From positions 1-23,813 of the forward strand of contig DAOVER010000043.1 of NCBI GenBank assembly GCA_030668875.1: 23,813 nucleotides of DNA. The letters run 5' to 3'. Below are positions 5,768 to 16,019 of this stretch, in pieces. The number at the start of each line of letters is the position of its first letter. Position 1 is the stretch's first letter. This DNA comes from Candidatus Heimdallarchaeota archaeon. GTDB taxonomy: Archaea; Asgardarchaeota; Heimdallarchaeia; Heimdallarchaeales; Heimdallarchaeaceae. The notes beneath the pieces are model-generated. The model was given only the letters and a program-made list of their open reading frames with translations, had not been told where the DNA came from and did not search any database. The position numbers were made by a program, and so were the translations under genes.

Positions 5768-8479
5768 CTATACTTTACCAACCTTAATTGCACAGACTTT
5801 GAATTCGGGGATTTTAGCAAGTGGATCCAAAGCATCGTTTGTTAGCAAATTAGCAGCAGACTCTTTATAATGGAATGACATGAAAACAACTCCTTCTTGA
5901 ATTCTATCTGTTACTTTAGCAATTGTTTCTATTTTTCCTCTTCTAGATTCGATAGTGATTTTATCTCCATTTTTAATATTTAGACGTTCAGCATCTTTAG
6001 TATTAATCTCGCTTCTTTCTATGGGTCTTCTCTTGTGAATCCCCTTAACTCTTCGAGTAATTTCACCGGTATGGAAGTGATAGAGTATTCTTCCTGTTGT
6101 TAGAATTATTGGATAATCCTTGTCTGGTAATTCTGCAGGTTCAATATATGAGATTGCATGAAACTTGCCTTTACCTCTGGAGAATGTTTTTTCATGAAGA
6201 ATTTTTGTGCCCGGGTGGTTTTTACCTTTACAAGGCCATTGTAAACCTACTTTATCAATTCTATCAAAACTTATTCCTGAATAAATTGGTGTAACATCAG
6301 CTATTTCGTCCATAATCTGTTCTGGTGAATCATATCTGTTTTCTATTCCAAAACGGTTTAACATCTCTTGAAGAATTTTCCAATCAGCAATTCTTTCTCC
6401 TTCTGAATCTATTGCTTTTCTTACTCTTTGAATACGCCTTTCTGTGTTTGTATATGTTCCTTCTTTTTCTGCAAAGGATTTTCCTGGTAAAATAACATCC
6501 GCATATTTAGCAGTTTCAGTTATGAAAAGATCTTGAACTACAAGGAATTCAAGTTTCTCAAGAGCTGAACGTACATGATTAATATTGGGGTTGCTCAAAG
6601 CAGGATTTTCTCCCATTATGTAGACACCACGTATATTTCCTTCATAAACTTCATTCATTATTTCAACTACAGTAAGACCAGGTTTGTCGCTTAAATTGGA
6701 AACACCCCAAGCTTTTTGGAATTTAATTTTGTTTTCCTTATCTGATACTTTCTGATAACCAGGATAGACATCTGGCAACCCTCCAACATCACATGCTCCT
6801 TGAACGTTATTTTGCCCTCTAAGCGGGTTAACACCTGTACCAGGACGGCCAACATTTCCTGTAATCATAGCTAAGTTTGCTAAACTCAGTACATTATCTG
6901 TACCGGTTGTATGTTGTGTTATTCCCATTGAGTATACAATCGCAGCAGTCTTAGCTTTACCAAATAGAATGGCAGCTTGTCTCAAATCCATTTGATTGAT
7001 GTTAGCTATTTTACATAGTACTTCAAGGGAGACTTTTTCTAGTTTTTCTTTTAGTTCATTATAACCTTCTGTTCTTTCCTGTATGAATTTCTCATCAAAC
7101 AAACCTTCTTCAATAATTACCTTCATCATTGCATTAACTAAAGCAACATCTGATCCTGGACGTTGTTGTAGGTGAATTTCAGAGTAGTCCGCTAGTTCTA
7201 TAATTCTAGGATCGGCGACTATGAGTTTAGTTTTTCCTTCTTGAACAGCTTGTTTTATTTTCACACCAATTACAGGATGCGCTTCAGTTGTATTACTTCC
7301 TATTATAAGTATAACTTCAGCATTTTTTGTTAAATCATTGATGCTATTTGTCATTGCACCAGATCCGAAAGCTCTTGCGAGACCAGTAACTGTCGAAGCA
7401 TGACACAATCTAGCACAGTGATCGATATTGTTGGTACCTATTGCGGCTCTAGCCAGCTTTTGCATAAGATAGTTTTCTTCATTTGTACATTTAGCTGATG
7501 TAAGAAAAGCAAGAGAATCAGGACCCATTTCCTCTTTAATCTGTTTTAATTTTTGTTCAATGAAATCAAAAGCTTCATCCCAGGTAACTTGAACAAATTC
7601 TCCGTTCTTCTTCATTAATGGGTGGTTAATTCTTTCTGGGTGATTTACAAAATCCCAACCGTATCTGCCCTTTACACATAAAGCTAAACCATTAACAACA
7701 TTACCTTCAGTGGAATCCACTTTAACTATTTTTTTAGATATTGGATTAGTAAATAAGTCAAGTTGACACCCAACACCACAATAAGCACAAGTAGTGGTAG
7801 TCTTTTCCAATTCATAGGCTCTTCCTGCTCCTTTAACACTGTTAGATACCAAAGCTCCAACAGGACAAACACTAACACAGTTACCACAAGCAACGCATCC
7901 TGCCTCTTCAAAAGTTCTTCCAAAACCAGGACTTGGAAACGTTTCAAATCCTCTATGTGTCATCGAAAGAACTCCACAAACTTGTATTTCGTCTGCAACA
8001 CGAACACACAACCCACATCGAATGCAAGCAGAATAATTTAATTCAAAAAATTCATTTTTTTCCTGAAGATCAGTTTTAGGTTTTGTTCCTATATATCTTC
8101 CGAGTCTTTCTTCTGGAACATATTCATATGCCAATTTTTGTAATTCGCACGAACCTGCTTTATCGCATATGACACAGTTAAGAGGATGTGATGTTAGTAG
8201 CAATTCTACCAAAATTCTTCTAGCTTCTCTAACTCGTTCACTTTGAGTATAAACAACTGAATTGGCTTTTATAGGAGTACTGCAAGCTGGCATAAGGGTA
8301 CGTGAGTTCTCAATTTCTATTACGCAAATTCTGCATGCTCCCGTTGGTTTAAGTTCTGGGTTGTGACATAAAGTTGGGATTTCAATATTGTGCTTAGAAA
8401 TGGCTTCATAGTACGTATCAGTTGGTAAGCATTTGAGTTCCTTACCATCAACAGTAATAGTAATTTCTTCTTCTAACAT
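5768..8479 (-). CDS. fdhA: Formate dehydrogenase alpha subunit (NuoG-like Fe-S N-terminus plus Mo/W-bisPGD catalytic domain), Cys-type
   Basis: PTLC...GACRICV...C [2Fe-2S]; HPLNCVICDKAGSC His-ligated [4Fe-4S]; CIRCGLC and CVACGNCVSVCP; CAYCGVGC...CVKG; active-site CARLCHAS; PLRGQNNVQG; C-terminal TTGRILYHFH. Confidence 0.95.
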   Translation of the reverse strand: MLEEEITITVDGKELKCLPTDTYYEAISKHNIEIPTLCHNPELKPTGACRICVIEIENSRTLMPACSTPIKANSVVYTQSERVREARRILVELLLTSHPLNCVICDKAGSCELQKLAYEYVPEERLGRYIGTKPKTDLQEKNEFFELNYSACIRCGLCVRVADEIQVCGVLSMTHRGFETFPSPGFGRTFEEAGCVACGNCVSVCPVGALVSNSVKGAGRAYELEKTTTTCAYCGVGCQLDLFTNPISKKIVKVDSTEGNVVNGLALCVKGRYGWDFVNHPERINHPLMKKNGEFVQVTWDEAFDFIEQKLKQIKEEMGPDSLAFLTSAKCTNEENYLMQKLARAAIGTNNIDHCARLCHASTVTGLARAFGSGAMTNSINDLTKNAEVILIIGSNTTEAHPVIGVKIKQAVQEGKTKLIVADPRIIELADYSEIHLQQRPGSDVALVNAMMKVIIEEGLFDEKFIQERTEGYNELKEKLEKVSLEVLCKIANINQMDLRQAAILFGKAKTAAIVYSMGITQHTTGTDNVLSLANLAMITGNVGRPGTGVNPLRGQNNVQGACDVGGLPDVYPGYQKVSDKENKIKFQKAWGVSNLSDKPGLTVVEIMNEVYEGNIRGVYIMGENPALSNPNINHVRSALEKLEFLVVQDLFITETAKYADVILPGKSFAEKEGTYTNTERRIQRVRKAIDSEGERIADWKILQEMLNRFGIENRYDSPEQIMDEIADVTPIYSGISFDRIDKVGLQWPCKGKNHPGTKILHEKTFSRGKGKFHAISYIEPAELPDKDYPIILTTGRILYHFHTGEITRRVKGIHKRRPIERSEINTKDAERLNIKNGDKITIESRRGKIETIAKVTDRIQEGVVFMSFHYKESAANLLTNDALDPLAKIPEFKVCAIKVGKV

Positions 8480-10302
8480 TTTCCACTCACCTTCTCAATG
8501 GCATCTTTAGGACACCTATTGTAACACATTTGACAATGCGTACATAAACGACAATCAATTCTGAAAGAAGTTTCTTTACTCCCCATTATGGCTTCAACAG
8601 GGCAAATTCTGGCACAAAGACCACATTTAATACACTTTTCTTCATCTATTACAAACGTATAAAGTTCTGTACAGACCCGAGCACTACATCTCAAATCAGT
8701 GATGTGTTCCTCATATTCATGTCTAAAATGTTTAAGGGTTGACAAAATTGGATTTGGAGCAGTTTGACCAAGAGCGCAAAGAGAAGTGTCCTTTATAACA
8801 TGGCATAATTCCTCAAGATCGTCCAAATCTGATAAATCAGCTTCACCTCTAGTTATTCTTTCAAGTATTTCCAATGCTCGAAGTGTTCCTTCACGACAAG
8901 GAGTACATTTTCCACATGATTCTTTTTGTGTAAAAGCAAGAAAATACCGAGCTAAGTCGACCATACACGTATTTTCGTCAGCTACAACCATTCCTCCAGA
9001 CCCCATTATTGATCCTTCAGCTTGTAATGTTTCAAAATCCACACCTAAGTCCAATTTTGAAGCTGGAAGGCAACCTCCAGATGGACCACCTGTTTGAACA
9101 GCTTTGAATTTTTTATCGTCCAGAATTCCTCCTCCTATACCAAAAATAATCTCACGTAAGGTTGTTCCCATTGGAACCTCTATCAAGCCAGAGTTTTTTA
9201 CCTTTCCAGTCAGAGAAAAAATAGCTGTTCCTGTTGATGTTTTTACACCTACTTTTTTAAATTCTTCAACACCATTCTTAAAAATCCAAGCAGCAGCTGC
9301 CCAAGATTTCACATTGTTAATATTTGTTGGTTTCCCCCATAATCCGGAAGTAGCAGGAAAAGGAGGTCTAGGTTTTGGTATTCCTCTCTCTCCTTCGATT
9401 GATGCCATCAGTGCTGTTTCTTCTCCACAAACGAATGCACCAGCTCCTTCTTGAATCATTACATCAAAATCAAATCCGCTATCTAAAACATTCTTTCCTA
9501 AAAAGTTTAATTCTTTTGCATCTTCAACAGTTTTACGAAATCTATGAACAGCTAAGGGGTATTCTGACCTTACATATATTATCCCATTTGACGCCCCAAT
9601 AGCATAGCCACCTATTATCATACCTTCTAATACACTATGTGGATCTGCTTCTAGAATACTTCGATCCATAAACGCACCAGGATCGCCTTCATCAGCATTA
9701 CAAATCACATATTTTTCCTTCCCTGGAGCATTTCGGCAGAATCCCCATTTCAAACCTGTTGGAAATCCTGCTCCTCCTCTACCTCGCAATCCAGATTCCT
9801 TGATTGCTTCGATTACTTCTTCAGGTTTCATAGAAAAAGCTTTCTTCAGACCAGAATATCCTCCAATGTGTAAATATTCATTAATATCTTCTGGATTTAT
9901 GTGACCACAATTTTCTAAAATCATTCTTTTTTGTTTTGCATAGAAATCAATCTCATTGTGTTTTTCTATTTTCTTTCCAGTTTTAGGGTCTTCATAGAAT
10001 AAATCTTCTACTGGTTCATTTTTCTTAATATGAGATTCGACTATTTTTTCAACATCTTCAACCTTTACTTTACAATATAGTGTTTCCTCAGGTTTAATAA
10101 AAACTAAGGGGCCTTGAGCACAGAAACCATGACAACCTGTGAAAGTTACTTCTACTTTTTCATGAATACCTGCTTTAACTATCTCTGTTTCAAATTTCTT
10201 TCTAATTTCATTGGATTTTGAAGAAATACATCCTGTTCCTTGACAAATTAAGATTCTTCTTTCATGGTTCTTCTTCTTCTTCTTAGGGTTTCCATTGGTC
10301 AT
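8473..10302 (-). CDS. NuoF/HydB-like NADH/FMN-binding beta subunit with an N-terminal thioredoxin-like [2Fe-2S] domain and a C-terminal 2x[4Fe-4S] domain
   Basis: CQGTGC...GCHGFC; GLRGRGGAGFPTG; NADEGDPGAFMDR; GAGAFVCGEETAL; ESCGKCTPCREG; CIKCGLCARICP and CTHCQMCYNRCP. Its 3' end overlaps the fdhA start, with SD GGTGAG upstream of that ATG. Confidence 0.95.
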   Translation of the reverse strand: MTNGNPKKKKKNHERRILICQGTGCISSKSNEIRKKFETEIVKAGIHEKVEVTFTGCHGFCAQGPLVFIKPEETLYCKVKVEDVEKIVESHIKKNEPVEDLFYEDPKTGKKIEKHNEIDFYAKQKRMILENCGHINPEDINEYLHIGGYSGLKKAFSMKPEEVIEAIKESGLRGRGGAGFPTGLKWGFCRNAPGKEKYVICNADEGDPGAFMDRSILEADPHSVLEGMIIGGYAIGASNGIIYVRSEYPLAVHRFRKTVEDAKELNFLGKNVLDSGFDFDVMIQEGAGAFVCGEETALMASIEGERGIPKPRPPFPATSGLWGKPTNINNVKSWAAAAWIFKNGVEEFKKVGVKTSTGTAIFSLTGKVKNSGLIEVPMGTTLREIIFGIGGGILDDKKFKAVQTGGPSGGCLPASKLDLGVDFETLQAEGSIMGSGGMVVADENTCMVDLARYFLAFTQKESCGKCTPCREGTLRALEILERITRGEADLSDLDDLEELCHVIKDTSLCALGQTAPNPILSTLKHFRHEYEEHITDLRCSARVCTELYTFVIDEEKCIKCGLCARICPVEAIMGSKETSFRIDCRLCTHCQMCYNRCPKDAIEKVSGKC

Positions 10303-10791
10303 TTATTTTTCCTCTCCTTTTTCTTCTTCCTTACATATTTTTGTTAAAAGCTTTTGAAGTTTGTTTGGTGTCATTTGACCATGAACTTCACCATTAATTT
10401 GAACTACTGGTGCTAAAGCACAACACCCTAAGCATGCAACTCTTTCAAATGTAAATAACTGATCTGAGGTTGTTTCCCCAGATTCGATGCCTAACATATT
10501 CTTCACAGTAGTATTGAGAGCTGGTGATCCCTTTACAAAACAAGCAGTGCCCATACAAATTGTAATAATAATTTTACCAGGTTTAACAAGTTTAAAATGC
10601 TCGTAAAAAGTTAAAACACCATAAATTTTGCTAAGAGGAACGTCTAATTCAGATGATAACAGCTTAAGAGTTATATGGGGTAAATATCCTTCATCTTTTT
10701 GAATTTCATTTAAAATCTGGATTAATGCATCAGGATTTGAGTCGTATCTTTTTAAGATATCCCATAATCTGTGTGGTTCTGTTGAAGTCAT
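10303..10791 (-). CDS. NuoE/HydC-like [2Fe-2S] gamma subunit
   Basis: LIQILNEIQ...GYLP; VLTFYEHF; CMGTACFVKG; ACLGCCALAP. Its stop abuts the NuoF-like ATG (TAAATG). Confidence 0.95.
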   Translation of the reverse strand: MTSTEPHRLWDILKRYDSNPDALIQILNEIQKDEGYLPHITLKLLSSELDVPLSKIYGVLTFYEHFKLVKPGKIIITICMGTACFVKGSPALNTTVKNMLGIESGETTSDQLFTFERVACLGCCALAPVVQINGEVHGQMTPNKLQKLLTKICKEEEKGEEK

Positions 10792-10927
10792 TAAAGAGGT
10801 GAAACATAAGTAATACTTAATCTTTCTGATAACTTTAAAGGTTTTTTAGATAAAAGACAACCATTTTTCAATTTTCATGTCCATAAGGGCAAATAACTTT
10901 AAGACTAGCTAATAAAATGTTTATTAA

Positions 10928-11965
10928 ATGAAGACAACTCATAGGATTTACTTCCAAAATTCACAAAACATGTATAATCTAGAAAATGAATCTATTCATT
11001 TTGTGATAACGAGTCCTTTATATCCTATGGTCAAGATGTGGGATGATAATTTTTCTTTGTACAATCCCAAGATCAAAGTAGTTTTAGAAAACCAAAAAGG
11101 AAAAGAATCTTTCGAATTAATGCACCAAGAATTAGATAAAGTGTGGAGTGAAGTTTACCGTGTTCTGAAACCTGGTGGTATTGCTTGCATTAACATTGGT
11201 GATGCTACTAGGAGCATAGGTGGCGATTTTAGTTTATTTCCTTCACACTCAAGAATTATTTTTCATTGCTGTGAAATTGGATTTAGTTGCTTACCACATA
11301 TTGTTTGGAATAAACAAACCAATGCACCTAACAAATTTATGGGCTCCGGCATGTTACCTCCAGGTGGTTACATTACATTGGAACATGAATTCATTTTAGT
11401 TTTCAGAAAAGGAGGTAAAAGGGAGTTTAAAACTAATGAAGAAAAAAAAGAACGTTTTCGAAGTTCCTATTTTTGGGAAGAGAGGAATTTATGGTTTTCA
11501 GATATATGGGATCTTAGGGGAGTTCACCAATCTTTAAAAAATAATAAAGTAAGAGATAGAAGTGCAGCTTTTCCTTTTGATCTTGCTTATCGTTTAATTA
11601 ATATGTTTTCTCTTAAAGGTGATACAGTACTAGATCCTTATTTAGGAACAGGGACCACAGTACTAGCTGCTATGGCTTCTACAAGAAACAGTATAGGTGT
11701 AGAGATAGAGGAAAATTTTCGAGAAGTTATTCAAGAAGGAATAGATGAGATAATAGATTATGCTAATGAATATAATGCGCAAAGAATTCAACAGCATATT
11801 GATTATATCAAGAAAAAAGCTGAAAATCAGGAAGAGATAAAATATACAAACATTCATTATGGGTTTCCAGTAGTCACTAAACAAGAATTGGAGCTTAAGT
11901 TAGATGAATTGAAAAATGTAGTGAAAATTAATGAAGACCATTTTGAAGTAGAATATATAGATTAA
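10928..11965 (+). CDS. Beta-class N4-cytosine/N6-adenine DNA methyltransferase, orphan, with SPLY at the catalytic motif
   Basis: Motif IV TSPLY near the N-terminus, LKPGG..CINIGD, AAFP, and motif I VLDPYLGTGTT near the C-terminus (beta order). Confidence 0.9.
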   Translation: MKTTHRIYFQNSQNMYNLENESIHFVITSPLYPMVKMWDDNFSLYNPKIKVVLENQKGKESFELMHQELDKVWSEVYRVLKPGGIACINIGDATRSIGGDFSLFPSHSRIIFHCCEIGFSCLPHIVWNKQTNAPNKFMGSGMLPPGGYITLEHEFILVFRKGGKREFKTNEEKKERFRSSYFWEERNLWFSDIWDLRGVHQSLKNNKVRDRSAAFPFDLAYRLINMFSLKGDTVLDPYLGTGTTVLAAMASTRNSIGVEIEENFREVIQEGIDEIIDYANEYNAQRIQQHIDYIKKKAENQEEIKYTNIHYGFPVVTKQELELKLDELKNVVKINEDHFEVEYID

Positions 11966-12015
11966 TCCTTAAACTTATTAGACGGGTTTTTTCTGTATCC
12001 TCATAACTAACTGAT

Positions 12016-12879
12016 GTGCTTGATTTGTCCATAAAAACAAAAGTAGCAGTTATCATACCTAAACCAGACTTAGCTGCCAATACAATTTGGAAAGAGCTTC
12101 ACAATTTATCATATTTCAAAGAAACAGATCAGCTGTTCGATGATAACACAGTTTTCCAGCATAACAAATATCCAAATGATATCAAAATTATTCATTCAAA
12201 GAATGATGGTGTAGCAAGTAACCACCTTGATTTAGAAATTGAAGCGGAACTGTATATTTTTGCCAGTAGACATAGAGCAGCTTCGGGAATACCTGCTTTG
12301 CTAATTCATCCAACGGGTAATTGGAACCAAATAACACTCGAAGGTAGAGAGAAAGAGCTTTCTTATACATCAGCAACAGCTTTGAAATTGGGCTTACAAA
12401 ATCTAATCACAAAACAAGAAGAATTTGATTTAGAAGAATTCAAGGTTGATATGGAAGTTACTCATCATGGTCCAACTGAACTTAAAACACCTCTGATTTT
12501 CATGGAGTTGGGTAGCAGTGAAGAGTATTGGACACATAAGAAAGCAGCCTTAGCAGTAGGCCAAGCAATTATAGAAACAGCTGAACAATTTGTACAAAGG
12601 GGTACGTTTCAAGGTGAGAGTTTCGTTGGTTTCGGAGGGAACCACTATGCTTACAGATTCCGTAAGCACGTTTTTTTAGATGAAAAAACACACATAAGCC
12701 ACATAGCTGCTAAACATAATTTGGATAATTTAACTGAAGAAATAATCTTGGAAGCTTTCGAAAAAACCATTGAGGAACCTAAAGGGGCGCTTATAGATAA
12801 GAAGGGTGCAAGATCTGAACAAAGAAAGAATATTATCGATATTGTAGAAGGACACGGAAAGGAATGTATTCAGATCTAA
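12016..12879 (+). CDS. dtdA: D-aminoacyl-tRNA deacylase (archaeal DTD2/GEK1 family)
   Basis: FASRH, LLIHPTGN, MEVTHHGPT, FMELGSSE and GFGGNHYA motifs. GTG start. Confidence 0.92.
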   Translation: MLDLSIKTKVAVIIPKPDLAANTIWKELHNLSYFKETDQLFDDNTVFQHNKYPNDIKIIHSKNDGVASNHLDLEIEAELYIFASRHRAASGIPALLIHPTGNWNQITLEGREKELSYTSATALKLGLQNLITKQEEFDLEEFKVDMEVTHHGPTELKTPLIFMELGSSEEYWTHKKAALAVGQAIIETAEQFVQRGTFQGESFVGFGGNHYAYRFRKHVFLDEKTHISHIAAKHNLDNLTEEIILEAFEKTIEEPKGALIDKKGARSEQRKNIIDIVEGHGKECIQI

Positions 12880-12973
12880 TTTTATCAAGAACCTCAGATG
12901 TTTGAAACCAACAGAATAAACAAAGGATAATTGTTGCTCTTTTATATGCTATTTTAGGTAAGCTAATGATTCT

Positions 12974-13822
12974 ATGAAAGACGAGAGTCCAATTATCATA
13001 ATTACGGGAGCATCTTCTGGAATTGGAAAAGCAGTGGCTTTGAAACTTGCGGAAAGTAAGCCAAAGATTGTCATTGTAGCCAGAAGACAAAAAGAGCTGA
13101 TGAAAACAGCTCATGCAGTAAAGAGGCAAGGGGCAAAAGTTCTACCAATCATTGGAGATGTTAGAAACAGAGAAGATCGCGAGAGAGTAGTAAATCTTAC
13201 AATGAAAGCGTTCGGACAAATCAATGTGCTAATTAACAATGCTGGATTGGGAAAAGCGAATTTGTTCATTGACCAACCAGATGAGGAAATTGATGAATTG
13301 ATAGAGACGAATATTTTGGCGTTAATTAAGCTAACACATGAAGTGTTACCTATAATGAAAGACCAAGGCAAAGGTCATATAATCAATCTTTCCTCAACAC
13401 TTGCTCTTCTACCGCCATATCCGTTTGCAGTATATAGTGCAACTAAAGCAGCAGTAAAAACATTTAGTGATTGTATAAGGGAAGAAGTAAAAGAGTACGG
13501 GATAAAAATATCAACAGTGTATCCTGGACCATATGATACAAATTTTGGTAATGTAGCAGGTTACGGAAAATCGGGATTCCAAGGGTATGATGTACTAAAA
13601 TTAGCTGAATACATTGCAAAGCTTGTGAGTAATCCTAAAGAAGATTTGATTAAACCATGGTTTTTCGTACCTCTTGTTTGGATGACAAAATTTTCTAGAC
13701 GATTAAAAAGAAAAGTTGTTTCAGGGATAGCTGAGGAAATAATCAAAGCTAAAAGAGAAACAGACCAAACATTAAAATTAAAAGAGAAAAAACAAGTAGA
13801 AACCGAGATATTAGCTAGATAA
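12974..13822 (+). CDS. Classical short-chain dehydrogenase/reductase
   Basis: TGASSGIG, NNAG, NLSS and YSATK motifs. Confidence 0.93.
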   Translation: MKDESPIIIITGASSGIGKAVALKLAESKPKIVIVARRQKELMKTAHAVKRQGAKVLPIIGDVRNREDRERVVNLTMKAFGQINVLINNAGLGKANLFIDQPDEEIDELIETNILALIKLTHEVLPIMKDQGKGHIINLSSTLALLPPYPFAVYSATKAAVKTFSDCIREEVKEYGIKISTVYPGPYDTNFGNVAGYGKSGFQGYDVLKLAEYIAKLVSNPKEDLIKPWFFVPLVWMTKFSRRLKRKVVSGIAEEIIKAKRETDQTLKLKEKKQVETEILAR

Positions 13823-15205
13823 ATCTATGTTACCTAGCTTTTGTAATAGTTTGATACTGGTTTTTACTCCTTTTTCAAACCATTCCATCATCATGTTTTC
13901 ATTTGGTGCATGATTAGCTTGGTCTGGTTGAGCGTACGGAATTATGTAAATAGGTTTTCCAGTAACTTTATACAAGGAATACAAAGGCAAACTTCCTCCT
14001 GCAAGTGGAAGTTTTACAGGATCCTGCTCAAATCCTTCCTTGATTACCTTAGCTAATATCTCTGTCCAAGGTAGTTCTAAAGGAGTAAACAATGGATGAA
14101 AGCTAGCTCCAAAACTAATTTTACATCTATCCAGAACTTGAGCCATCCTTTCAGATTGACTTCTTAGCATATCTAGATGGTTAAGAATCAGGATTTCTAT
14201 TTTTTCTGGTATTTGGTTAGGCACCATCCTAACATCTATCTCTACAACAGCTTCACTGGGAATAATGGTCTTAGCGTTCTCTCTAATCTCTCCTGATTTA
14301 AATCCTCGAATATTAAGGGTAGGCCTAAACATCACTCTATGGGTTAAAGGCTGATCTTGCTCTTCACCAAAATAGGATATGCCTAATTGTTTCTTGTATG
14401 TTTCAGGATCACGATTAAGATCTTCTGCAGCTTTAAGTGCTGTTTCAGTAGGCACAAAAACATCATCATAAAATCCTTCGATTAAACATTTGCCGTTTTC
14501 ATCTCTCATGGTTTGTAGAATAGAAAGTAAATCCCAAGCAGGATTAGGCTGAATTCCACCAAAGTTTCCACTATGAACATCACTATTAGCAGATAGCAAC
14601 TCAATTCTTACAGTTTGTATACCCCTTGCACCGAATTCAAGCGTAGGTTTCCAAGAGGGATCAGCGGGACCATCAGAAACAATAATCAAATCAACATCCT
14701 CAAAAAACTCCCTTCTAGTATTCATAGCATCTTCAAGATGAAAAGAGCCTAATTCTTCTTCTCCATCGAGAATGAATTTCACAGATAAACCAAGTGCATT
14801 AGCTTTGATTACACAATCAATTGCACAATAATGTGCATAGAATTGACCTTTGTTATCTCCAACTCCGCGAGCATATATCCTTCCTTCACGTATTTCTGGT
14901 TCAAAAGGTGGGGAATGCCATTTATCAAGCGGTTCGGGAGGCTGAACATCGTAATGACCATAAACAAGGATAGTAGGACTATTTTCAACTTGGATTTGAG
15001 GTTTCCATTCCGCAAGAACAACGGGATTTCCTTCAGTTGGAATTACTTCAACATAATCAGCAGTTTTCTGTAAAAGGTTTTTCAACCATTCAGCAGCAGC
15101 TTTAACATCTGTACTGTTTTTTGTTATGCTAGGAATACGAAGCAGATCGAATAATTCCTCGATGAAGTAATCTTTGCTTTCTTGGAAGATTTCTATAGGA
15201 TTCAA
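13811..15205 (-). CDS. M20 family metallopeptidase/deacylase (dipeptidase-like)
   Basis: YGHYDVQP, ARGVGDNKGQ, GEEELGS, HSG and NHAPNE motifs. Confidence 0.93.
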   Translation of the reverse strand: MNPIEIFQESKDYFIEELFDLLRIPSITKNSTDVKAAAEWLKNLLQKTADYVEVIPTEGNPVVLAEWKPQIQVENSPTILVYGHYDVQPPEPLDKWHSPPFEPEIREGRIYARGVGDNKGQFYAHYCAIDCVIKANALGLSVKFILDGEEELGSFHLEDAMNTRREFFEDVDLIIVSDGPADPSWKPTLEFGARGIQTVRIELLSANSDVHSGNFGGIQPNPAWDLLSILQTMRDENGKCLIEGFYDDVFVPTETALKAAEDLNRDPETYKKQLGISYFGEEQDQPLTHRVMFRPTLNIRGFKSGEIRENAKTIIPSEAVVEIDVRMVPNQIPEKIEILILNHLDMLRSQSERMAQVLDRCKISFGASFHPLFTPLELPWTEILAKVIKEGFEQDPVKLPLAGGSLPLYSLYKVTGKPIYIIPYAQPDQANHAPNENMMMEWFEKGVKTSIKLLQKLGNIDLSS

Positions 15206-15333
15206 TTTATTTCCTCTAAATTCTCAAGGAAGAAGCAGTATAATTGTTTTACTTATCAATTTTCATCCAGTACAAATCACTAGGGTCTGTTAAAAATATC
15301 AAATAAAGTGTTTTAATAGCTTTCTTGCAAAAA

Positions 15334-15969
15334 TTAATCGAGTCCTAAACATTTTTTCAATTCCTCTCTAATTCCTGGAAAATTGAGTATAGTGTTTATA
15401 CGCACATATTCTTCAATAACAGCTTGTAATTCATCATGAGGGAGATTACCCGCAATTTCTGCTACTTCATCAGGGTATTTTGTGAAAAGTTCATCTATTA
15501 CCTCAAGATCCTGTGTATGAAGATTTGTCAAAAATTCCTCAATACACACTGCAGAATCTTCCCTAACATCTCTGGTTAAAGCAAGGAGATTGGATAGGAG
15601 TATAGATTGTTTCTTAATTTTATCCCTGTATTCCTTCCCTTTTGCCTTACTAGCAGTATAGAAAAATTTTGCAGTTCTAGCGAACAGCTTCTCAGTCATC
15701 GATTTACCCTTGTAAACTCTTTTCCCGATTTCAAAGATCAATCCGAATTCTTTGAGGTTATTCAGATGTCTATACAAAGTCTTGTCAGGGGGGACAGTAC
15801 TTGCATATTTAGTATACTCTTCCTTGATCTCTTTGAATGTTTTATATCCTTCTCTTAGAATTTTAATAATAGGCAAGTAAAGAGGATTATGCAATCTCTT
15901 TACTTTATCTTCATGTTCGAGGGTGATAACTGATTCTTGCTTCTCTTCTATAATATCTTGATAAGACAT
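15334..15969 (-). CDS. Winged-helix (ArsR-like) transcriptional regulator with a C-terminal helical domain
   Basis: LHNPLYLPIIKIL...KTLYRHLNNLKEFGLI...TEKLFARTAK. The start is more likely ATG 15969 (MSYQDII) than 16026, because a minus-strand TATA (TTATATAT) lies at 16016-16009, inside the longer ORF. Confidence 0.8.
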   Translation of the reverse strand: MSYQDIIEEKQESVITLEHEDKVKRLHNPLYLPIIKILREGYKTFKEIKEEYTKYASTVPPDKTLYRHLNNLKEFGLIFEIGKRVYKGKSMTEKLFARTAKFFYTASKAKGKEYRDKIKKQSILLSNLLALTRDVREDSAVCIEEFLTNLHTQDLEVIDELFTKYPDEVAEIAGNLPHDELQAVIEEYVRINTILNFPGIREELKKCLGLD

Positions 15970-16019
15970 GATAACTAACCAACTTACAATATAACCAAAC
16001 CTAGAGGAATATATAAGGG

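Noticed and set aside
7395-7425. Possible selenocysteine in FdhA
   Set aside because: The active-site codon is TGT (CARLCH), and the ORF has no in-frame TGA.
10795-10812. Plus-strand GAGGTGA SD-like motif in the divergent intergenic region
   Set aside because: It is not followed by a start codon or an ORF.
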